Shown here one piece after another: positions 36,298-49,404 of a stretch of DNA of 64,000 nt. The stretch spans positions 1,676,001-1,740,000 of the forward strand of contig MU054338.1 in the NCBI GenBank assembly GCA_013239625.1, read 5' to 3'. The stretch's first letter is position 1, and each line of letters begins with the position of its first letter. Position numbers and translations under genes: made by a program. The notes beneath the pieces were generated by a model, which saw only the letters and a program-made list of their open reading frames with translations, was not told where the DNA came from and ran no database searches. The DNA is from Lama guanicoe (taxonomy: Eukaryota).

Positions 36298-38934
36298 AAA
36301 AATGTACCAGTCCAGGCAGCGTGGACCAGCCTACGGGCTGCAGTTTGCGACACCTGGACTGGAAGACGGTCTATGAAGAGATGGCACCGTGTTGGTCACC
36401 AGAGGCGGCAGAACTGTCACCTTTCATCCTGAAACCAGGTCTGAGGTCCACGAAGGTCCCCGCTGCTCTCGACATCACCCAGCAAAACTGACACCTGCAG
36501 CACGGAGCCTCGCTGCCACCCAGGTGCCGCGCCTCTGAGAGTCACAAAACGGCTGCTGCTCTCCCACCGCCTCGGGGAACCCCTGGGGCGACTTCTGCTG
36601 GTTAAATACCTCCTCTTCATCGACCTTGGCTGCAGAAGGCCTTCCTCGACTTGGGGAGCAAGACTTTCTCACCATTCTAGATAGGGCGGTTAATCACCTG
36701 CAAAACTGCCACCTGTAACCTCCCCGAGTAACCCAGCCCCAGGGTGAGGAGTGGCTTCTGCACACGCAGGGTCTGAGAAACCCCCCAGGAGACATGGCAA
36801 TGCAGTGTCCGGTGGCTCCTCAGGGGGCCCAAGAAAGAAGAGGGGCATCAGAGGAAAGCGAAAGAAATCCAACCGAAGTATGGACTTCAGTTAATGAGAA
36901 CATATCGGTATCGGTTTCTTAATTGTGACAAATGCACCAGACTGATGCAAGACGCTGACTAGAAGGGGGTGGGTGGGGACGTGGGAACTCTCTGTACTGT
37001 CTTCTCGGTCTTCCTGGGAATCTAAAATGAGTCTAAAAGGAAAGTTTACTTCAAGAGAAAAAGGAAAGACAGAGTGACGACAATTAGCTACTTATGCTAG
37101 AGGATGCTCTGAAATGTGACTGAGGGAACATTAAGTTCCTGTGACAGCATCCAATAATGACAGGGTTATATAAAGCTCAGAAAAGAAAGCTGCTAAAAAC
37201 AGGATATGCTAATCAGCAGGGGACGTGTGCTCTGAGGGAAGGAGTGAGGAGGGGGAGAAGAGACAGGTGGCTGAGTGGCTCCTGCCACAGCCACGGTGGA
37301 CCCTGATGCAGGGACTGCTGCCAGAGGAAACTTCTGGAACATCCCAGTTGGATCTGGGCGACGTGGTGCATACACTTGGGAGGCAGTGGTGCCCAGGTGG
37401 CACTCAAGCAATGGCCGTTGAGCATGCGGCTAGTGGCTGGGCTTGGGGGAAGACAGTGGTTTTATGGAGGGAGAGTTCTGGAAAATAATGGTGAAGCCGT
37501 GGTCCAAAGAAACACAAACAACTAATATGATGTGGCATCCTGGTTTGTGCCAGTTAACTTACTGGACACTCATCTATGCCAGGGTTTGCCCACCTTGGCC
37601 TGACATTCAAGGCCAGGGCGTTCTCCGTGGGGCCGTCCCAGGCACTTTGTGGTATGACGCAGCACCCTTGGACCCCACCCAGGGGTGATGACCACAGACG
37701 TCCCCAGACATCGCCCATTATCCCCTGGGGCAGGACATCCCGATGAGAACCACTGTCCTACAATAGCTATCAATCTACAGACAGCCCCACAGGCGTGTAA
37801 TTATCCTCACGTACAGCTGGGGAAACTGAGGCTCAGAGAGGAGACCAAGCCAGCCTTCAGCCACCAAGCTAGAAGGAAGCCTTCTAATCAGGAGGGACCT
37901 CTGCCCTGGGAAGGAGTTGGCCGTGCTCATCCATCAGCACCAAATCTGGCCCGCCCCTTTGTGTTTGTAAATAAAGTTTTATTGAAACGCAGCCACACCT
38001 GTTCACTTAACAGGCTCACCTACAAAGGACTGGCTGGCCCTTCAGTTTACTGGCTCCTCACAGAGAGCCTCCGTGGCCACCTGGAAGCCCTGCCAGGCTT
38101 TCTTTCATGACCCTCAGTCCAAGTGCTCACTGACTGTTTTGGGGAAGCGTGAAGACAACAGAGGCAGCCTCCCTGGGAATGAGAGGAGTTGGGGCTGGTT
38201 CTGCCCAGTCCTGGCCGAGGAGGCCCAGCCCAGGTCCCGCTCCTCCGCCAGAAGGGGGTCTGCCCCCCCCCCTCTGGCCCCACCGCAGCCCCCATAAGTG
38301 TGCGGGGCAGCACGCCAGCCCACCTGCCTGTGAGCCCAGTGCGGGGGCTGTGCTGTCATCTCGCGCCCGCTCCCTGCTTCTGCTCGGAGCCCTGGGGTTC
38401 GGGGAACCGCGCTCTCCTGACCTCCAAGGTCAGCCCTGCAGCCTCCGGAGGTACAAGGTGCTGAGTGAGGACGGGCTCTGCCACCCTTTCATCTGCCTCG
38501 GCGGGCACTGCGTCTGGTGCCGAGACCCACAGAACGCGCTTCCACCTGGAGGTCACCTCATTCAGGCTTTCTCATCCACACTGTGGACATCTGGGCCCGG
38601 GGCCACTCTCCGGGGTGGAGCAGCATCCCCGGCCCCCACCCCCTCGATGCCAGGAGCCCCCTCATTCATGACAATGAAAAACGTCCCCCGACGTGGCCTG
38701 GCGGCACAGATGGAAACTACTTGCTCCGTAAGGGTAATTTCTTGGCAGTGAGGGCGGGACTCTGCATCATTCGGAGACCAAACCCGGGATGTAGGGATGC
38801 AATGAAACCGAAAGTCAGACCGGGCAAGCCGGATACCTCTGGATATCTTGTCCTCGACAAGTTCCAAGTTCTGGTTTGCCGGGGGTTCTGTTCTTGCTTT
38901 CCAAACCCTGCTTACTTCATGACTGATCCTCACC

Positions 38935-39375
38935 AACTGCATTCATTTCCTGGGGCGACCGTCACAAATGACTGCAGACAGGGCGGCTTAAAACCACAGA
39001 AATTTGTCCTCTCCCAGTTCTGGAGGCCAGAGACCTGAGATCAAGGGTCTGCAGGGCTGGTTCCCTCCAAGGCTGGGAGGGAGGATCTGTTTCATGCTCT
39101 CCCAGCTTCTGGGGGTCGCTGGTAATCCCTGGAGTTCTTGGCCTGTAGACACATCTCTCCAGTCTCTGTCTCTGTCATCACATGACCTTCTTCTGTGTGT
39201 CTGTCTCCACACAGCCTTCTCGTAAGGACACCACCACTGGATTTAGGGCCACCAGCATCTAGCACGACCCATTCCAGCTAATTATGTCTAAAGACCCAAA
39301 TGCCAAATGAGGCCCCCACCCAGGGACCGGGGTCAGTGCGTGACCTTCTGTGGGGACACGATTCAACCCACAGCA
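38935..39375 (-). mobile_element. MLT1C-like solo LTR
   Basis: GGCTTAAAACCACAGAAATTTGTCCTCTCCCAGTTCTGGAGGCCAGA...GGGGACACGATTCAACCCACAGCA. Confidence 0.8.
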
Positions 39376-41169
39376 CCCTTGCCTTCCCTCCAGTGAATTA
39401 CCAAACCGCTGGGTTGGTTAAGCTCCCAGGCGTTTGGACAGGATTTAGTCTATGGGGGAGGGATGGTTAGAAGGTGGGGAGCCCCCTGGGGGACATGGAG
39501 CCCAGCCCTTCACGGGACAGAGGGGCACAGAGGTCCCTGGCCCCCAGCAGCCTCTAAGCCAAGAAGGGCCTTAAAAAACACATCTGTGGACACCATGCCC
39601 GAGCAGGATCAGTGCTCGCAGCTGCCCAGCCCCGAGCTGGGGCCCAAGCGGACCTTGAGGGAAATACGGCTGTAAGGTCAGGAACCTCTCCTTGTCTGCT
39701 TCAGGTAAGGAAAGAAGCTTTTTTTTTTTTAAAGCTAGACAAAAAATATTGCCCAAAGCCAGTAAGAGGAAAAGGAAGACTTCAGACTGGCATTTGACTC
39801 CAAAGCTCACAAAACATAAGACTGACCCGGTGTAACACAGTGATTCCCACCTGGGGACACTCAGGGATGTCTGGAGACACGAGGGGAGCCCTTGAGGTCA
39901 GGGGTGCGGCTCAGCACCCCACAGTGCCCAGGACAGTCCCCCACAAGGAATGACCTGCCCCAAGTGTCCACAGTGACCAGGGGAAGAGACCCTGACCAAC
40001 CAGGCAGGAGCAATGCCTGCTCACGCACCCAGATCGGTACAGACTAACACTGAAGTGGACCGAGGTACTGCTAAGGGCCAAGAACTACAGACCAGTGTGT
40101 TGCCTGAGCCAAGCCATCTGAGGTAAAGCCTTTTTCTTAAAAGGACATATTTGTATATGTGCTTGTAGATACAAAAAAAATTCTAGAAGAACCCACCAAA
40201 ACTGTTAACAGTTACAATGGTGAGTAGGACTGAGGGGCGGGGTGGGAGGTTATGCTATGTTTTACACCCTTACGTATAATTTGAAATTTTATTTACCATG
40301 AGCATAGTACTTTGGCAATTCAAGAACTGGTTCCACTAACTGGAGATCTAATGATATTAAGGAATTATGTCAATAGTGCCTAGGCTGGGAAACCCGGGCG
40401 TACGGAAAACACAAATTAAAGACATGACCACTGAAGAAGGGACGTGTCAGAGAGCATGTCCCCACAGAAGGGAGGCACAGACTGGGAAACGAGAGGAAGC
40501 CTCATGATGAAGAGGGGAAAACCAAGGCGACCATCAGCGCAGATCAATACGGGAAACAGCTGGGGGCCGGGGAAGGCATTCAAGCTGCGACGTCACACAA
40601 AGTGGCAGCTGCGGCCTCCCCTACGGGAGACACAAGGGCAGATTTCAGGTCAGGCACACAGCCCAAACTGTGTTTTAAAGGCGGCTCTGTGGAGGTGGAG
40701 TCCGTGTGAAATTCAGCTTCGGAAGGCAGCGGCGCATGCACGTGCAGCTGGCGACCAGGCAGCCCCGCCTGCCGTCACCCGTTTCAGGAGCCCACGCGCC
40801 CCGAGCACAGGCCCAGCGGGCTGCGCGCTGGCCGCAGCTTTCTAGAAGAGCGAGCTTGGCGATGTTAGCTGAGCTTTTGGCCTGGGTAATTCGCTTCTAA
40901 TTAATTGCTATAAGGAAAGCGACCAGGCACTTTTTTCCCTGCTGTTTTTATTCAACGCTCTGTCACTGCATTCTCTCACATCGCTAAGTGTTCTTTGAAA
41001 ATATAGTTTTTCATTGGCTGCCCATATATTTACATTGAGTTAATATATTATAATTGATGGGCCAGTTTCTTCACTATTGGCCATTCAGACTGTTCCCAAT
41101 TTTTGCTTTATAAATAATGCTGTTGTGAACATCTTTATGCCCACCTCTAATTACTGAGGTATTTCTTTG

Positions 41170-41340
41170 CTTTTTATATTTTATTTATTTATTTATTTGT
41201 TTGTTGGTTGGTTTGTTTTGTGGGGAGGTAATTAGGTTCATTTATTTACTTATTTATTTTAATGGAGGTACCGGAGATGGAACCCAGGACCTCGTGCATG
41301 CTAAGCAGGCGCTCTACCGCTGAGCTATACCCCCTTCCCC
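41170..41340 (-). mobile_element. tRNA-Ala-derived camelid SINE
   Basis: GAACCCAGGACCTCGTGCATGCTAAGCAGGCGCTCTACCGCTGAGCTATACCCC, preceded by a (TTTA)n tail. Confidence 0.88.
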
Positions 41341-42369
41341 GATGTAATTTTTAATATACATTTTTAGAGATGGCATTATGGGATCAGAGACCATTAAATA
41401 TCTTTAAGGCTCTTGAAAACCCACTACTAAATTATTGTTGAGAAAGATTCTGCCATGTCATAGTATTCTCTGTCCACACCCTCATCAACACTAGTATTAC
41501 TTTTATTAATATTCACCCATTTTAAAGGTGAAAAATAGGATCTTCTTTTTTTTTTAATAAACTTTTTACTTTGGAATGACTTTAGATTTGCAGAAGATTT
41601 GCAAAGACAATACAGACATCTCCTGTGTATCCTTCACCCGCTTCCCTAATGTTAACCACTCACATAACCAGGGTGCATTTGTCACAACTAAGACATCAAA
41701 GTTGCTATGCTACTATCAGCCGAGTTCTGCAGTTTATTCAGATTTCACTAGTTTTTCCACTGCTGGCCCTCTTCAGTTCCAGGATCCCATCCAGGACACC
41801 GCACTGCATTTACTCCACTTTCTATGTGTCATTCCTGATTCTTAAAACAACCTTACATCTCCATTTTGCTGATGAGAAGATGGAGGTTCAGAGAGGGTAG
41901 ATGGCTTAGACAAAGTCACAGAGCCTGTGAGTGGCACAGCCTGGATGCAGCACACATCTGAAAGACTCCACACCCAGGACTGCTCCAAGCATGCCTCCTC
42001 CTTCTCATCCCGCCCTGCGTCCCCTCCAGACGTGCAAAGGCCGATCTCCAGTTCTCCATCAGCACATGAGGTGACCCAAAGCAAGGAGGTGGGCGACTAA
42101 CCACTGTGACAGAATCAAGCAGGCATCCCTTCCTTCCAACGGCTACCTGGAGAGACCACTTTAGAAACAAAGCAGTATGCACCTCAGGACGTTTCTGGAT
42201 GCGTCCTCAGAGATCACATTCAGAGGCAGAGCAAAAGTTTTACACCTAAGAAATACAGTCCTGGGACTTGGCGATAACAGTATCTCCCCTTCCACCACAA
42301 TCAGCCCTGTTCCTTTGAGGCCCTCTGCCTTATTCACCCCTAAATGACTCTTGGCTGGGTGGAGGGCAC

Positions 42370-42900
42370 TCTAGGATGGTCTCCCAGTAATCCCCAACTC
42401 CTGGGACTCAGGCCTTGTACCCCTGGCCTCCCCCTGAGTGTGAGCGGGACCTGTGACCTGCTTCTGACCACTAGAGCACAGCAGAGGGATGGGATGTCAT
42501 GCCCATGACCATCTTATGTGCAAACAAATTAAACTTCCATCTTGCTAGCAGACTCCCTCTCCTGCTGCTGTGACGAAGTGGGCTTCCATGCTGGGGAGGC
42601 CCACTGGACAACAGCCAAAAAACAAAAACTAAGAATGGCCTCCAGCCAACAGCCAGCAAGAAACTAAGCCATGCCAGCAGGCACATGAGTGAGCTTGGAA
42701 GCCATCCTTCCCCAGTGAGATAAGACCGCAGCCCACGCTGATAATCTGATTACAGCCTAAGAGACCCTGAGCAGAAGACCCAGTTAAGCTGCACCTGGAT
42801 TCTTGACCCAGGGAGACGGAAACTGTGAGACCATAAGCATGTGCTGTTTCAAGCCACTAGGTTTGTTGTGATTTGTTACGCAGCATTAGCATACTGATAG
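42370..42900 (+). mobile_element. MLT1E/F-like LTR (related copies at ~24920-25312 and ~30580-30975)
   Basis: GAGTGTGAGCGGGACCTGTGACCTGCTTCTGACC...AAGCCACTAGGTTTGTTGTGATTTGTTACGCAGCA. Confidence 0.75.
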
Positions 42901-43929
42901 AGACTGTTTCCAAATCAAATCTACCCTCTAAAGATGAAAAATCTGAAGTCTTTGAAACATACACATTTGCATATCTGAAATATATAAAAGCAGTGTAGCC
43001 TGCTCTTGAAGGCAATCACACTGCAGTGCTGTTCCAGGGACAAGGTCCCCCAAGGTGACTGTTTGAAAATGGAGAGGACACCTGCTTCGATGTGAAATCT
43101 GGGTGTGGGGAACAAAACAGAGAAATCCTCAGTTGACAGTCATAACCGGATTTTCCCACTCAGCAGCATCTACATCAGGCAGTTTTCCTGCATTATCAGG
43201 TTTGAAAGCCAGGCTGTCACGTGTCACCAAAAAGAAAAGCTGATTCAGAAAACAATGCTATACTTTTTTTATATATATACATATATATCGTACTACTTTT
43301 CTTAAAACAGAACTGCTCTAACGCCTCCCCCTCCAGCTGAGACGAGAATAGATAAAAGTCCAGATTTTTACACACTTGGGACTGACAATGTTTTAACATA
43401 TGGAACATTCTATGGGGTTGCAAACTGCTTTATATTCTGCAAACATATTCCAACAGTGCCAGCCCCCTGGACGGTTGGTCATTTCAGTAAATGAACTGAA
43501 ACAGATCACAGTCTTGGGAGAGGTGCACAGTGGAACTAAAGGGTCTCCTCGCCACAGAGGGGGCCTAATTAAACCCCCGAACCATCGCAGAGAGCAGGAG
43601 TCCAGCTTTTACGAACTCTTGGAAGGGAGAGTACCATGGCCAAGGTCAGTGTTATCTACTGAAACCCGTGACTGCAAAGACCAGGAGATGCCGGTCAGCA
43701 GGGAGAAAGAGGTCGCTCAGAGGTGAAGAGGCAAGGAGCAACATTACCAGAGCAGGCTGCGGGACTACAAGTATCAGCTGCGTGGCCCTTCTCCCGAGGA
43801 CAGCTCTGGAGGACTGCCTCAGCTTAAAAACTGGTTCATGCTTGGGCCTCGACCCACAGAGAATTGCAGGGAAACATTCCCCTGGGGTGCTATAGAAAAC
43901 GGAGAAAAACTTATATCCACATATATCGC

Positions 43930-44152
43930 ACAGCGGTTCTCAACAGAGGAAGGGAAACAGTTTTGCCCCCAGGGGACACTGGGCGATGTCTGGGGCATCT
44001 ATCAGGACTAGTAGGGGGTGGTTCCCGGCATCAAGTGGGTGGGGCCAGGGAGGCTGCTCCGCACCCCACAGTGCCAGGGACGGCCCCCCATAGGACGACC
44101 CAGCCCCCCCCCACCGCAGCCCCAATGTCAGCAGTGCCCAGGCTGAGAAACC
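43930..44152 (+). mobile_element. MER20-like hAT MITE, representative of ~16 copies (others near 5700, 7190, 13225, 17220, 18310, 19610, 31265, 32135, 37590, 38563, 39830, 44435, 54590, 56420, 59270)
   Basis: CAGCGGTTCTCAAC...TTTTGCCCCCAGGGGACAC...GTCAGCAGTGCCCAGGCTGAGAAACC matches the MER20 termini and layout. Confidence 0.8.
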
Positions 44153-46739
44153 ACACCCAGCCTGGCCCTCGGGGCTAGAGGGAACGCACTTGTCTTTATT
44201 TACAGACCCAAATCTGTGTCACCACCGCAGAGGGAAAAATGGCCACTTAATTACACTTCCATACATGCTACCAAGAATTTTTCTGGGCAAGACGGTTTGG
44301 GGACATAGGCTGGAGACAGAGCATTCCAGGCGGTGCTGAAGTCAGTGTGCAGCTTCGAGCTTCACTCTGACTTGTCGACGGACATCACGGAGCAGCCAAG
44401 AACTGCAAACATGGTATCTTCAGCTTTGATCCCATCACAGAAGACCAAGGGCAATTAGCCCTCTGCCCCCGACACTGGGCGATGTCTGTGGTTGTCGGGA
44501 CGGGGGGCTCCTGGCACTGAGAGGGTGGTGGTGCCAGGGGTGCTGCTCCATATCCCCCAGGGCCTGGCACAGCCCCTCAGCAGATAACCCGGTCCAGGGA
44601 CCCTGCCTTACAGACAACGAGTCTGGAGGAGAAGGTCCAGGTGGAGGGTGAGGAACGCAGACGGTGGGGACGGCACCTGCTGATGACAAGGCTGAAAGGC
44701 CAGGAGAGCAGATAAGAGCGCTTGCAGCTACCTCCTCTGTCACCACTGTAACTCTGAGCTAAGTTTTATCCTTTCCCCATCTTGAAGGTGAGGAAACAGA
44801 GGAGGGAGGCCAGTGGGAAGCTGGCAAGGGCTCTTGCTGGCGACACCTGGGGTCACCAGACAGGTCGCTGTATGACCTGGGGCTGGTTTCACAAGCGCTC
44901 AGCTTTTCACTGCTCTCAACCAATGACAGCGACGTGCACTTCCAGCGTTTAAGGCAGGGTCTCCTCATCGGCACTGCAGACGGAAGGCCGGGTCATTCTT
45001 CATGGGGTCATCCAGGGTTAAGGGCTAATCCAACTTGGGCGGCTCAGGGGCTGGCACATGGTGGGAACTCAGTGACGGTGAACCCTCTTCCATTTTCCTG
45101 GGGGGTCAGGTGGAGAGAAGGCCTCTCAGCCAGGCCCCAAGGGCCGCAGCCCTGATGCGGGCTCGGCGCTCAGCCCTGCACAGCCTCTGGGTTTAGGTCA
45201 CAGGATTATCCCAATAGCCCGGAGAAGGGGCAGCTTGGCCCACAGATACCTGCCAGCAGCTCCCCGGCAGAGTAGGGTCACCGGACGCCATCCTAGCTGT
45301 GACATGGCGTGGCCTGTGCGCTGCCATCCTTCCTCAGATGGGAATGCAGATGTCCCTTTGACTCAAAGGACAAATCCATCACTGTGACACCATAAGCCTC
45401 TCTTGCCCGCTCCAAGTCTCTCATTCTCCAGCCACCTGCTTCTGACCACCAGGGCTTCTGGTGGGAGGACGGCAGCTGCAGTACCACCACCACGGTCACA
45501 GCGACACTCGTGGGACGTGGACATGCGGCAATCCCCAGGCACAGGCTTTCCGTAGCCGGGCTTGGGCATAGAGTCCAGGAAGGGATAATGGAGGAACGAT
45601 GGCATTGTGACCATCCCGGGTCTGTTGTCCCAGGTCCTCCTCAGCTTGGCCACCCTCGGCTCGTGGGACAGTCACCGGTTATGGGGGCAGTGCTGTGGGA
45701 GCTGAGACCAAATCCTCACTCTTGCCCCACTCAGAGCCTGGGGTTCCCCATTGGCAACACAGATGAGCAGTCAGATGGGGGTTCTAGCCGGGAGGGGAGA
45801 CTGGAGCGGCAGGCAGCTCCCCCCTGACTTCACCTCCAAGCCATCCGGCCTCATCCTGAGGGGCCTCCACTCCCGGGGCTCACAGAGGCTTTCGGTGTCG
45901 GGCCACACTCACTGCGACCAACAGTCTCTCCCAACACGTAGCCCCCACATCACCAAGGATGGGCCTCATCTCTCCCGCACTTGGGTCCGGGCTGTGGTGG
46001 CAGCCGGCAGGGGCAAAAATATCTACACACCGTAACAAGACCAATAGCTACAGCATCAGGACAGTTCTAACGTTAACAGTGACGACAGCCATTGCAGGAA
46101 TAACCTGTCCACCCCTGCCCGGGTCACCGCCCTGGGCACCATCTCGGCCCAGGCCAGTCCCGGGCAGGGAGTCCTGTCCCACTTTGCCCACAAGGAAACA
46201 AACAGAGAGGTGCAACGCTTTCCCCAAAATCACAAAGAGAAAGCCGTCCACTGGCTAAGCGGTAAGTCCAAGCCCAAAGTCTCACGATGCCACCAGGCCC
46301 CCTACACTCCACAAGATTCCAGAAAGTTCCCTAATTCTTGACCGTTCACTTCTTCCACTTCTTACCCCCGCCCCTACCCAAGTCCCCCTTCCACAAAGGA
46401 GGACAGAACTTTGGATAATCCCACAGCCTCACCTCACTCACTGCGTTCTCCCAGGGACCCCAGAGCACCTTCCTTCCATCCTTCCAGCACTGAGTTACAT
46501 GTGTGGCCGGTCAGGGCCCAGGGCCCAGGGCCGCCAGGACCTACACCCCAGGTGTGACTGCTTACAGCCCCAGACGTGCAAGAATTCACGTCCTTGTGGC
46601 CGACTTTCAAGGACGGGACTCAAACTGAGGACGTGTCTGAGACCACAGCTCCACCGGGCGTGAGCCGGGCCAGAGCCAACGGTCTCATGCCCTGGAAGGT
46701 GACCATGCAGACCAATAGGTGGGGTTTGGTTTTGTTTTT

Positions 46740-47420
46740 GTTACAATACACTTAATACAAAATTTACATGGTTAACCATTTTGAAGTGCACAATGCAAAT
46801 GGCATTTAACGTAGTCACAGACTTGTGCAATTATCACCGCTACGTAGCTCCAGAACACTCCATCACCCCAAAAGGAAGCCCCGTCCCCGTCAGCAGTCAC
46901 CCCCACAGCCCCAGCCCCTGACAGCCAGGAGCCCCCTCCCTGTGTCTGCGGACTGGCCTGTTCCGGATGCCTCACGTCCACGGACTCGCACACTGTGTGT
47001 CCTCCTGTGTCTGCTTCTCTCCCTGAGCACCGTGCTCTCAGGGTCTGGCCCTGCAGGAGCGGGTGTCAGGGCTGCTCTCCTGGTCACGGCTGAGTGATGC
47101 TCCCGTGTGTGGAGGGGCCACATTTATTTATTTGTTCGGTTGTTCGTGGATATTTGGGTGGGTTCCAGTTTTTTGTGTGGGTGCACATTCTCATTTCTCT
47201 TGGGCAGACAGCTAGGAGTGGAATTGCTGGCTCGTGTGCAAACTCTGTTTGACTTTTTGAGGAGCTGCCAGACTGTCTTCCAATCAGCCACCCCATTTTC
47301 TACAACCACCAGCAGGGCACGAGACTTGCACGCTCCCCGTGTCCTTGCCAGCCCTTATTACTGTCTGTGTTTTGATTCCAGCTGTCTTAAGGGCTGTGAA
47401 GGGTCATCTCCCTGTGGTAC
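46740..47420 (-). mobile_element. L1MB-type LINE 3' end with GC-shifted core
   Basis: AACCATTTTGAAGTGCACAA...CCCAGCCCCTGACAGCCAGGAGCCCC...GGAGTGGAATTGCTGG. Confidence 0.8.
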
Positions 47421-47690
47421 TTTTTTTTAACTGAAGTATAGTTGATGTACAAGGTTGTGTTTCCAGTGTACGGCATAGTGATTTAGTCACAGCCACACAC
47501 ACACACACACACACACATCCACACATTCTTTCCCACTATAGGTTATTACAGGGGACCGAATTTAGCTCAAGCATAGTGATTTAGTCACAGTCACACACAC
47601 ACACACATCCACACATTCTTTCCCACTATAGGTTATTACAGGGGACCGAATTTAGCTCCCTGAGCTGTACTGAGGACCTTGTTGTTTCAC
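47420..47690 (-). mobile_element. LINE-1 3' tip with an internal ~98-bp tandem duplication, nested in an L1MB
   Basis: TTTTTTAACTGAAGTATAGTTGATGTACAA...; the unit GCATAGTGATTTAGTCACAG..(CA)n..GAATTTAGCTC starts at 47473 and again at 47571. Confidence 0.75.
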
Positions 47691-47984
47691 TGTGGTTCTA
47701 ATTTGTGCTTCCCTAAGGGCCAATGGTGTGGAGCATCTTTTCACATGAGACCACAGTTTTTAGTGCTAGAAGGCAGGTGCACCAAAGCCGGCCTTGCATA
47801 CCCGATTCCACCCAATTCCACGGCCAGAAGGAAGTGTGGCTGGTTCCCCCACCAGGACAAAAAAGCTTGTGCAAAACGCAGGTGGGGGGATCAGCTTTGT
47901 CTTGCGGAAGAACTGCGGAGCGGTAGAGCCGGGACTGGGGTCCCTCCTGGCTCGACTCTCGAGTCTCAATTTCCTTATCCGAGC

Positions 47985-48094
47985 GGGAGGGTAGAGCTCA
48001 GTTGCAGAGCGCGTGCCCAGGAGGCACGAGGTCCTGGGTTCAATCCTCAGTACGCCACCAAAAAGAAAGAAATCCTTCCCCCCGCAAAAAAAAA
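47985..48094 (+). mobile_element. tRNA-Ala-derived camelid SINE (more diverged)
   Basis: GGGAGGGTAGAGCTCAGTTGCAGAGCGCGTG...GAGGTCCTGGGTTCAATCC; TSD AATTTCCTTATC / AATTTCCTTGTC. Confidence 0.82.
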
Positions 48095-48639
48095 AATTTC
48101 CTTGTCTGGAGACAGACCCTCAGATGGGCACCCCAGGGTCTTGGGCCCAATACCGCCCTGGGTAGAAATCACCCCGCCCAGAGTTAAATGCAAGACAACA
48201 GCCTGTCCTTGGAACCGGAACCATGACCTGGGGCAGGAGAAGTGGGAGGGGGAGGGAGACCAGCTGCAGCCCTGGGGCGGGAAGGCATCGCCTTAGCCTC
48301 AGGACACGCGCTCTGGAGCCTTCTGGAAGAATCAACCCCGGGCTGCGGGAATGAGAACCCCTCTAAAGAAGTGCATCTGATGGAACCTTGACAGGAAGCT
48401 GGTCTCCAGGAGGCATCAGGAGAGACTCCTGCGTCGTGGGCTCAGCTACCTACATGACGGAAAGCGTGTGGCTGGACACTCTGTCTACACTTGAGGGCCC
48501 CCAACGGGCAGGGGACACTGTGATCCGTGCCATGGACAAGAAAAGAGGTAAGAAGCTGCGAGGAGACAGGGCGTCATCTGTGCTATTGTTCCCGGGGCCC
48601 TCAGGCCCCCACAGCTGCCAGAAGGGACGGCCACAGACC

Positions 48640-49045
48640 TAGGGCTTCAAACCGCACACACGGCTTCTCCCACAGGAGGTCAGGAGTCCAGCTCGGGCCC
48701 CACGGGGCTCAACCCAGGCGTGGGCAGGGCTGGTCCCTCCAGAGGCTCCAGGGGAGAATCGGCTCCTGCCTCTCCCAGCTTCTAGAGGCGCCGCATCCCT
48801 GGCTCGCGGCCCCCCCTCCATCCTCACTGCCAGCAGCGCAGCATCCCCCATCTCTCTCTGACTCTGACCTCCGCCTCCCTCTGATGAGGACCCTGTGATG
48901 GCACGGGGCCCCCGGGAATCCAGGGTCACCCCCATCCCAGGGGCCGTAACTTAATCCTGCCTGCAGAGTCCCCTCTGCCCCGTGAGGTGACATGTCCTCA
49001 GGTCCCAGGACCAGGACGTGGATGTCTCCGGGGCCATCACTGTGT
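48640..49045 (-). mobile_element. MLT1-type (MaLR) solo LTR with a core near-identical to 29441-29634
   Basis: Direct comparison with the 29.4 kb copy. Confidence 0.75.
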
Positions 49046-49404
49046 CTATCGGGGCTTGATTCTGCTTTTTTCACTCCTCCATGTTGTCATCTGAACATAT
49101 TTTAAAAGTCCATTTTGTCCTGCACACTCAATCCCTGCTGGCTACCACACATACGTTCTGTGCAGTCTTCTCAACCGCCCTTGAGGCAGGAGCCTCTTTT
49201 ATAGATAAAAGCAAGCAATCGACCAAAAACGGAAGCTCAGGAATGAGGATGGGGGCGGGGAGCTGGTGAATGGAGTCAGCCAGAAGGACTCAAATCCTTC
49301 CAAGCCCCCAGGGCTGAGCTGCGAGAGAAGCAGCAAATGGACAAAAACCCCACGAGGCAGAGAAACACAAACAATCTAGAGGCTTAAGAACAGATGCCGG
49401 CCCG

